Virus record (IMG/VR): IMGVR_UViG_3300008113_000003
Span: 1-64,000 of that record
Length of the DNA: 64,000 nt
Strand: one strand, 5' to 3'
The notes under the pieces were generated by a model that was given only the letters and a program-made list of their open reading frames with translations, searched no databases and was not told the origin of the DNA. This document shows positions 58,068-64,000 of this stretch, piece by piece (position 1 is the stretch's first letter; each line of letters begins with the position of its first letter). Made by a program: the position numbers and the translations under genes.

Positions 58068-59270
58068 TTATAATAACCTTTCAATCGATATAAAGTTATT
58101 AAGATAAGTACTACCTACTTGTAATGTAATACGATATGCTATATTGGTCGCATCATCGGTAATAATGTATATTGATGTATCGCCAGCCCCAGTAAAGTTC
58201 CAACCAAACACTGAACTACTAGGTGTTGTCGTTATTGATAACGCACCAGCGCTCCCACCCATACTATTGTTAGTTAGGAAATAATGGGCACCAACAAAAC
58301 AACCATATGAACCCGATAATGTTGCCACACTTAAACCACGATTACCTGAACCTGTTAATGTTGCTTTAATATTATCCAGTGTTACATATGTTCCAGCGTT
58401 TACAAAACCAGATGCGTATTTAACACCACCGTCACCAGATGTTCCAGAAGAACCAGCATCACCAGATGTTCCAGAAGAACCAGCTGAACCTGAAGAACCA
58501 GGGCCATTTAATTCCTGTACATTTATTGTTGGTGCCGTTGATTCACCAAAACTAATATTACCACCACTGATTTCAACAGCTTTTAAATAATATGTGTATG
58601 TACCAGCAGATGGGTTATCAATATAAGAAAGCGCAAATGGCGAATTTTCACTTCCACCACTACCTTCAGTGTGAACAATTGCGCCTAAAGCTGTTGAACC
58701 TCTATATAATTGTAATTTAGACCAATAACCAGCACCAGCATTTTCAGCATCACCATAGGCTGTCACTTTAACTGGACTACCTGTTGTTGTGATCGAAACA
58801 CTTACAATATTTTGTGCCGATCCACTTGCACCTAATGTGACTCTAGCACCGCCACCAGCTTGTGCATAATTTAAAACGTATGCTGGTGTGCTTCCAGATG
58901 AGCCAGATGAACCACTTGTTCCTGATGTACCTTTTACACCCGATGTACCTGATGTACCAGCAGAACCTGATGATCCTGTATTACCTGATGATCCAGAAGT
59001 ACCTGAACTGCCTGAAGAACCAAAAGTTCCACTTAACCCTGATGTACCAGATATCCCTGATGTACCAGATAAACCAGAAGTACCAGCATTTCCATCTCTA
59101 AGGATTACATCCCAATTAGATGTATCCATGTCTGGAGACGGTGAACCTACTGGTCTATAATTTAAACAGATATAATAAATTCCATTATATGTAACGTGAT
59201 TGTCTTGGTCGTAGGTAACTGTACTGGAACCTGCACCACCTAACCACTCTCCTAACCATTGATATGCCAT
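58068..59270 (-). CDS. collagen-like Gly/Ser-rich fibre protein
   Basis: WLGEW..Y..NG..Y..SP..WD module plus GTS tracts; TATTTAT upstream. Confidence 0.78.
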   Translation of the reverse strand: MAYQWLGEWLGGAGSSTVTYDQDNHVTYNGIYYICLNYRPVGSPSPDMDTSNWDVILRDGNAGTSGLSGTSGISGTSGLSGTFGSSGSSGTSGSSGNTGSSGSAGTSGTSGVKGTSGTSGSSGSSGSTPAYVLNYAQAGGGARVTLGASGSAQNIVSVSITTTGSPVKVTAYGDAENAGAGYWSKLQLYRGSTALGAIVHTEGSGGSENSPFALSYIDNPSAGTYTYYLKAVEISGGNISFGESTAPTINVQELNGPGSSGSAGSSGTSGDAGSSGTSGDGGVKYASGFVNAGTYVTLDNIKATLTGSGNRGLSVATLSGSYGCFVGAHYFLTNNSMGGSAGALSITTTPSSSVFGWNFTGAGDTSIYIITDDATNIAYRITLQVGSTYLNNFISIERLL

Positions 59271-59305
59271 GTCGATTTTTTTATTATAAATACCAACAGG
59301 ACATA

Positions 59306-59330
59306 AAAAAAGCCATCCGAAGATGGCTTG
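59306..59330 (-). terminator. intrinsic terminator after clpP
   Basis: aagccatc-cgaa-gatggctt (UUCG loop on minus strand) plus U-tract. Confidence 0.8.
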
Positions 59331-59334
59331 TTTA

Positions 59335-60003
59335 TTATTTCTTTGGTTTTCGATTCATTACCGAGTCGATCATCCCGTATTCCTTAGCTTCATCAGCTCT
59401 CATCCAGTAATCTCTCTCAGAATCAGCGTACACTTTATCATAGGTTTGACCAGTGTGGTGAGAAATGATATCGTACAATTCTTTCTTCAATTTACCAATC
59501 TCTCTTGCTGTGATCTCGATATCAGTTGCTTGGCCTTCGGCACCACCCAATGGTTGGTGAATCATAACCCTTGAATGTGGTAATGCGTAACGTTTACCTT
59601 CAGCGCCAGCGCAGAGTAATACAGCGGCCATTGATGCCGCCAATCCTGTGCAAATTGTCGATACTTCTGGTTTAATGTATTGCATTGTGTCGTAGATACC
59701 CAAACCAGAATAAACAGAACCCCCTGGAGAGTTGATGTAGATCTGAATACCAGCTTCTTTGTCAATTGATTCCAAGAAAAGTAATTGTGCTTGAATAATG
59801 TTAGATACTTGATCGTTAATACCAGTACCCAAGAAAATAACCCTCTCCATCATCAATCTTGAGAATACGTCCATTTGTGTAACGTTCATTTCTCTTTCTT
59901 CAATAATATAAGGGGTTATTGAACTGTTAAATCTGCTAAGTGTTTCAGACTTAATTCCCATGTGCTTTGTAGCGTACTGATTAAACTCTTTTCCTAAATT
60001 CAT
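59335..60003 (-). CDS. clpP: ATP-dependent Clp protease proteolytic subunit (Bacteroidota-like)
   Basis: TPYIIEER, MDVFSRLM, YINSPGGSV, AASMAA, MIHQP, ERDYWM. Confidence 0.96.
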   Translation of the reverse strand: MNLGKEFNQYATKHMGIKSETLSRFNSSITPYIIEEREMNVTQMDVFSRLMMERVIFLGTGINDQVSNIIQAQLLFLESIDKEAGIQIYINSPGGSVYSGLGIYDTMQYIKPEVSTICTGLAASMAAVLLCAGAEGKRYALPHSRVMIHQPLGGAEGQATDIEITAREIGKLKKELYDIISHHTGQTYDKVYADSERDYWMRADEAKEYGMIDSVMNRKPKK

Positions 60004-60035
60004 ATGTTGTTTTTATTTTTACAAATGTAATACTA

Positions 60036-61706
60036 TTATTTCAGATAAACAAGATTTTCGGTTATAGATTTTAAATCTTTTTGCGAAAACTTTTCCTTAA
60101 GCAAATCTTCAAAACGTTTTCTTGAATAGTGTGCTTTCAAACCAACGTATTTAAACTTATTTTTGTTCTTGTGATAGTTACGGTTAAAATTACCAAAAGC
60201 TTTCTCCAAAACATAATTTTTTGTTAGTCCGTTTAATGTTATTCTTTTATTATAAATACGATAATTTATATCATTCTCATAAACCATTAATTTCATCTTT
60301 TCGGTTTTATAAGTAATGTGTATTGTTGAATAAAAGGTTGGATTATCTCCTCTAAAAATATTGTGAGACAACTTTTCAGTTTCAATTTTTTTATTTATAT
60401 GTTTTGTTACCGAACATTTTGAATTTTTAGGTAACTGTTTTTTTAATCGATTTAAAAAACCTTTTGATACCGTATATAAACCAGTTTCTTCGGTAGATTG
60501 GTGTAAAGCTGATAATATTGACCCAACCGATGATAAATACATTAAATAACCAGATGCTTTAATACCATATACATCACGTAAATTACGTAGTGTTTTTAAC
60601 ATACGTATTAATGTATCAAGAGTTGTATCTTTAATTATTGATCTAAAAAATTCTTTGTTTTCAATTAAAATATCTAACGGTAGTTCTAGCGGGTTGTGGT
60701 AAAAACCTACCTGACTATTATCACGACTATAAACAATATTAAGTAATTGTTGACTTGATTTAATTTCGGATAAATTATAACCTAATTTATATAAGATTGT
60801 TACCGCCTCTTCATTTATGCGATAATAGTTTTCTTTTATGTTATCTTTTGACGTGGTATGAAACCAATCACCCTTATCTTCCTTATCTTGATTACTAACA
60901 TAAATGTTCATATTTAATTGATCTTTATAATCAAATAAACCAGCGATGAATAATTCATCGGTACCAAAATAATTAGCATAATAAGTGTATATGCTCTTAC
61001 CCGCATAGCTTTTTTTATTCGTTTTAAAAGTATTAGCGTATTCTAAAACATTGTGCATGTTCGATAATTTAACACCAAGCCTTTTAAAAAAATTGTGCGC
61101 TATAAAAACAAATACGTAATTATGGGTGCGAATCTTTTTTTTATTATCACGATAAACAATCCTTAGATAGTCTTGTGAAAACATGCTGGTGATTTCTTGG
61201 TCATAACCAAGGGTTTTTATACTTTTATTTAAACCATCGTTAATGGACTCTCTCTTTATTAAGCCATCATCAAAAATTGATTCTATTATTGACATTACTT
61301 GATGGGTAAAAATAGTTTTCCTAACAGTAGGTATGCGTTTTTTTCTCCGTCTACCACCAGTATCAATACTATATGTCGTAAAATCACCAGTGGTTATGTC
61401 AATTGTCAAACTTTTATAACTCTTATACGTTTTTAACCTCATTGTTTTTATTTTTTTAATCTCAACAGGGTTTTTTCTAACAAAGTACCTTTTAAAGATC
61501 ACTTTATTTTTTTCGGTATCATGTTCAACAACAAACGTCTCTCTATGCACATAACATGGTACGTTGTTTTTTAAGGATTCTTTAAAATGCTCTTCATCGG
61601 TTTCCACTAGTTTGGATGATGCCCCAAAAATTTCATCACTACCTACGGTATCGGGTACCTCAACTTGTAATTTCTCAACAACTGACCTATGAATAGTATT
61701 AACCAT
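60036..61706 (-). CDS. hypothetical protein (556 aa)
   Basis: ORF track; promoter upstream. Confidence 0.65.
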   Translation of the reverse strand: MVNTIHRSVVEKLQVEVPDTVGSDEIFGASSKLVETDEEHFKESLKNNVPCYVHRETFVVEHDTEKNKVIFKRYFVRKNPVEIKKIKTMRLKTYKSYKSLTIDITTGDFTTYSIDTGGRRRKKRIPTVRKTIFTHQVMSIIESIFDDGLIKRESINDGLNKSIKTLGYDQEITSMFSQDYLRIVYRDNKKKIRTHNYVFVFIAHNFFKRLGVKLSNMHNVLEYANTFKTNKKSYAGKSIYTYYANYFGTDELFIAGLFDYKDQLNMNIYVSNQDKEDKGDWFHTTSKDNIKENYYRINEEAVTILYKLGYNLSEIKSSQQLLNIVYSRDNSQVGFYHNPLELPLDILIENKEFFRSIIKDTTLDTLIRMLKTLRNLRDVYGIKASGYLMYLSSVGSILSALHQSTEETGLYTVSKGFLNRLKKQLPKNSKCSVTKHINKKIETEKLSHNIFRGDNPTFYSTIHITYKTEKMKLMVYENDINYRIYNKRITLNGLTKNYVLEKAFGNFNRNYHKNKNKFKYVGLKAHYSRKRFEDLLKEKFSQKDLKSITENLVYLK

Positions 61707-61753
61707 AATATTATTTTGATTTTAGCAAAGATAAACAAAAAAATTTAACAAAC

Positions 61754-61783
61754 AAAAAAAGGTGGAAAATTTTTCCACCTTTT
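61754..61783. terminator. intrinsic terminator
   Basis: aaaaaaaggtggaaaa-ttttttccacctttt. Confidence 0.75.
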
Positions 61784-61790
61784 AAAGTCA

Positions 61791-61962
61791 TGAACGGTAT
61801 CGGAATCAGGTCTCGGGTTTTTATGCCCCCGTAACATAGTGCTAGACATAGCCGAAGCGTCTCTCGACCCACGGTTTAGTACCCACTTTACACCTTATAG
61901 TGGGGTTTTTTCTGGCTTAGTTGTATATTTGTAAAACTTGCCGAAAGTATTCCCACCGTTCA
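61791..61962 (-). ncRNA. candidate Y-like RNA immediately 3' of DUF2828 gene
   Basis: Ends pair TGAACGGT-GGGAAT/ATTCC-GAT-ACCGTTCA, followed by ACTTTCGGCAA motif variant; internal CCCACT/AGTGGG. Confidence 0.65.
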
Positions 61963-61968
61963 ATATTT

Positions 61969-63366
61969 TTAAGCTGTTATGCAAGCATAACGTTCGCTAT
62001 TCACTGTTTTGTTCATGATAGCAACTGGCGTGAAGTCATCCCCCGCTAAAAGCGATTTTAAGATCGCTGGAGAGAATCCGCTCACCAATGCGGCACCATG
62101 TTTACCAAAGCTAACTGGTACGTTATCATGTCTGCTTTGAATGTTCCAGAACACAATTTTTGGGGTTGTGTATCCAGCTTCATTGTAATGACGCTCAATC
62201 ATTTTCATAGCCGTTTCGTTTGAACGAGTAGCTTGATTGAACTCCATATCTGACATAATCAAGATAGTTGTTGGCATTTCTTCTTTTGGAACTGAGTGTT
62301 TAACAGCTTGGTCCAAAAGCATTCTGAAAGTGGCCTCAAGATCTGTGCTCATACCCCATTCAGCACTCTCCAATTGTTGCATTCTAGAAACAATGTCACC
62401 ATTTAAGTATTGCAACTTTGGTGTTGAGGAGAATGTGATGAAAGCGTCCTTAAATGGACCGACATTTCTTTCAGAGATGTATAATCCCAAAGAAACACAC
62501 ACATCCATACAAGAAAGATTTGCGTTATTACCCGCTGGTGTGCACATTGAACCAGATACGTCACATACTGGTAAAATTCTTTCCTCAGTGTTTGTCAAGT
62601 AGTTTGGAAGTGACTCCCACTGCTTAACGCCCACAACTTTGTCACCACCAAATTTTAATGACTTTAACACGTCATATGGATACAAAGCACCAGCCTTGAT
62701 TGTTTTTGCTGTATTTTTGAACTCATCAAATCTAACACCATCGTTTTTAACAAACGCTTTGGTGTATCTTGACATAGCCAAAGATGGTACGTGGTTGTAA
62801 GTGATTTGTGACCACTTACCAGCGCACATCAACTGCTCAACAACTTTGGTTTTTTCTACCAAAGATTTACGGTATTCTTTTGGGGATAAACCAAGATGTC
62901 TTTCCAAAGCAATTGCTTGTTTACCTTTTCTTGGCATCCATTTAGCACAAAGACCATCGTTGTTGTTTAAAGCAACCTCAATTAACCCTTTAGCTTGCCC
63001 TTCCAAAGAAGTACCAAACAATGACAACATGTCATCCCAACGACCAAACTCAGGGATATACTGAATATTCTTTGCCAAAGATTCTGAATGATTCTCAGCA
63101 AGATATTTAAGGATATCTCTAAAGATTTTTCTTTCACCAGCACCAGAACGTGCATCTCTAGCCCAGAAAAGAATTCTCAAAGCGGTCACAGGGCTTTCGT
63201 TGAAAGCCTTGCTAAATTTAGCAGTCAATCTACCAACATCTTGGCCACGCATTGCACCTATCATAAAGAATAGGTCAACACATGCATTCAAAGATGATGA
63301 GTTAGTTACCATACCATTTTCAGTGGTAGTATTTTCTGTTCTCAAAGCGTCAACTAAACGTGTCAT
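61969..63366 (-). CDS. DUF2828 family protein (helical repeat domain plus vWA; TROVE/Ro60-like by inference)
   Basis: TENG, VDLFF, ARDAR.GAGER, FGRWDD, AKWMPR, VPSLAM, MIDAS DVSGSM, SDMEF, VFWN, VSGFS. Confidence 0.82.
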   Translation of the reverse strand: MTRLVDALRTENTTTENGMVTNSSSLNACVDLFFMIGAMRGQDVGRLTAKFSKAFNESPVTALRILFWARDARSGAGERKIFRDILKYLAENHSESLAKNIQYIPEFGRWDDMLSLFGTSLEGQAKGLIEVALNNNDGLCAKWMPRKGKQAIALERHLGLSPKEYRKSLVEKTKVVEQLMCAGKWSQITYNHVPSLAMSRYTKAFVKNDGVRFDEFKNTAKTIKAGALYPYDVLKSLKFGGDKVVGVKQWESLPNYLTNTEERILPVCDVSGSMCTPAGNNANLSCMDVCVSLGLYISERNVGPFKDAFITFSSTPKLQYLNGDIVSRMQQLESAEWGMSTDLEATFRMLLDQAVKHSVPKEEMPTTILIMSDMEFNQATRSNETAMKMIERHYNEAGYTTPKIVFWNIQSRHDNVPVSFGKHGAALVSGFSPAILKSLLAGDDFTPVAIMNKTVNSERYACITA

Positions 63367-63440
63367 ATTGTTTATTATTTTAAATTGGGTACAAATATAG
63401 TAACAAAAATGTTAAAAACCAAATTTTTTTTAAAAATTTT

Positions 63441-63746
63441 TTAAATTTCTTTTGGTCCGTACAGAAATTCACCGTTATCGTCCATACCTTTAACCTCAAT
63501 TAGATCGTCTTTTAATAGATCCTCAAAAGTCTCCGATATTATATACTTATTGGTTTTATCAATCAAGTATTCCAACTGTCCTTCCATTAAAAGGCAAGAA
63601 CCAGTTTCTTCGTAATTTCGTGTTATTGTCTCGGTGAGAAACTTTTTTAAGATTTTTCGGTCCATAAACAAACCAGCTTTTTCAAAAAAGTTTTCTGAAT
63701 CCAAAACATACATAACATGTTTTACGTATTCTGTTATTTCTTTCAT
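63441..63746 (-). CDS. hypothetical protein
   Basis: ORF track. Confidence 0.6.
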   Translation of the reverse strand: MKEITEYVKHVMYVLDSENFFEKAGLFMDRKILKKFLTETITRNYEETGSCLLMEGQLEYLIDKTNKYIISETFEDLLKDDLIEVKGMDDNGEFLYGPKEI

Positions 63747-63769
63747 GGTACAATATTAAGAACTATTCC

Positions 63770-64000
63770 TTACATAACCAAATTTTTACCGTAAATTTTT
63801 TCAATATCATCTATGTACTCGTTTGACCACCCCTTTAATATGTTAAAGTAGTTTATAAAGTCTTTGTAGTTTTTTCTGTTAATAGTAAATGTTTCGGTGC
63901 GTGTGTCCTCAAACATGGTTTTTGTTTTCGAGTTAAAGTAAAGGCTTCCTATTGAGCATTCGTGTTGGTGATCGGTGTCCTGTATTTGATTTACGGACAA
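63770..64000 (-). CDS. hypothetical protein, partial
   Basis: Open to window edge. Confidence 0.5.
   Translation of the reverse strand: MSVNQIQDTDHQHECSIGSLYFNSKTKTMFEDTRTETFTINRKNYKDFINYFNILKGWSNEYIDDIEKIYGKNLVM

Noticed and set aside
53514-59160. Long plus-strand and alternate-frame ORFs inside the fibre genes
   Set aside because: Shadows of low-complexity triplet repeats lacking stops
1-64000. Stop-codon reassignment or CRISPR array
   Set aside because: Conserved genes are full length in code 11, TAG and TGA end genes, no suppressor tRNA, and no repeat-spacer periodicity was seen
1-64000. Bacterial chromosome origin (clpP, fabH, smpB, rpsU)
   Set aside because: No bacterial operon context; dense small ORFans, Rnl1 and fibre genes indicate a large phage

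Overview
64-kb segment of a large AT-rich dsDNA (jumbo/huge) phage, most likely infecting Bacteroidota (TAnnTTTG promoters, no Shine-Dalgarno use evident, bS21, GE-initiating tmRNA tag). Genetic code 11; genes are mostly on the minus strand. It carries nucleotide and translation-support genes (Prs-like, CCA-adding enzyme, HD (p)ppGpp-hydrolase-like, ThyA, SmpB, tmRNA, two ClpP, bS21, GMP reductase/IMPDH). It also has an RNA-repair island (two RNA ligases, kinase, two HAD phosphatases, phosphoesterase, receiver-like protein), sugar/acyl-modification genes, Gly-X-Ser collagen-like fibre genes, 14 tRNAs and a DUF2828 (vWA, Ro60-like by inference) gene. Main discoveries: (1) an unannotated 21-codon leader peptide with terminator/antiterminator sits just upstream of the 10-tRNA array. 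Its first 15 codons are all read by those 10 tRNAs and together cover all of them, which suggests a tRNA-depletion-sensing attenuator. (2) A family of Y-RNA-like RNAs shares a helix+NWCNGCA motif; it includes a circularly permuted tRNA-Asn and a copy directly after DUF2828. (3) The phage tmRNA has a 26-aa tag ending LELV rather than LAA. Several small deletions and duplications look like assembly errors. All family calls are from motif recognition, not database searches.
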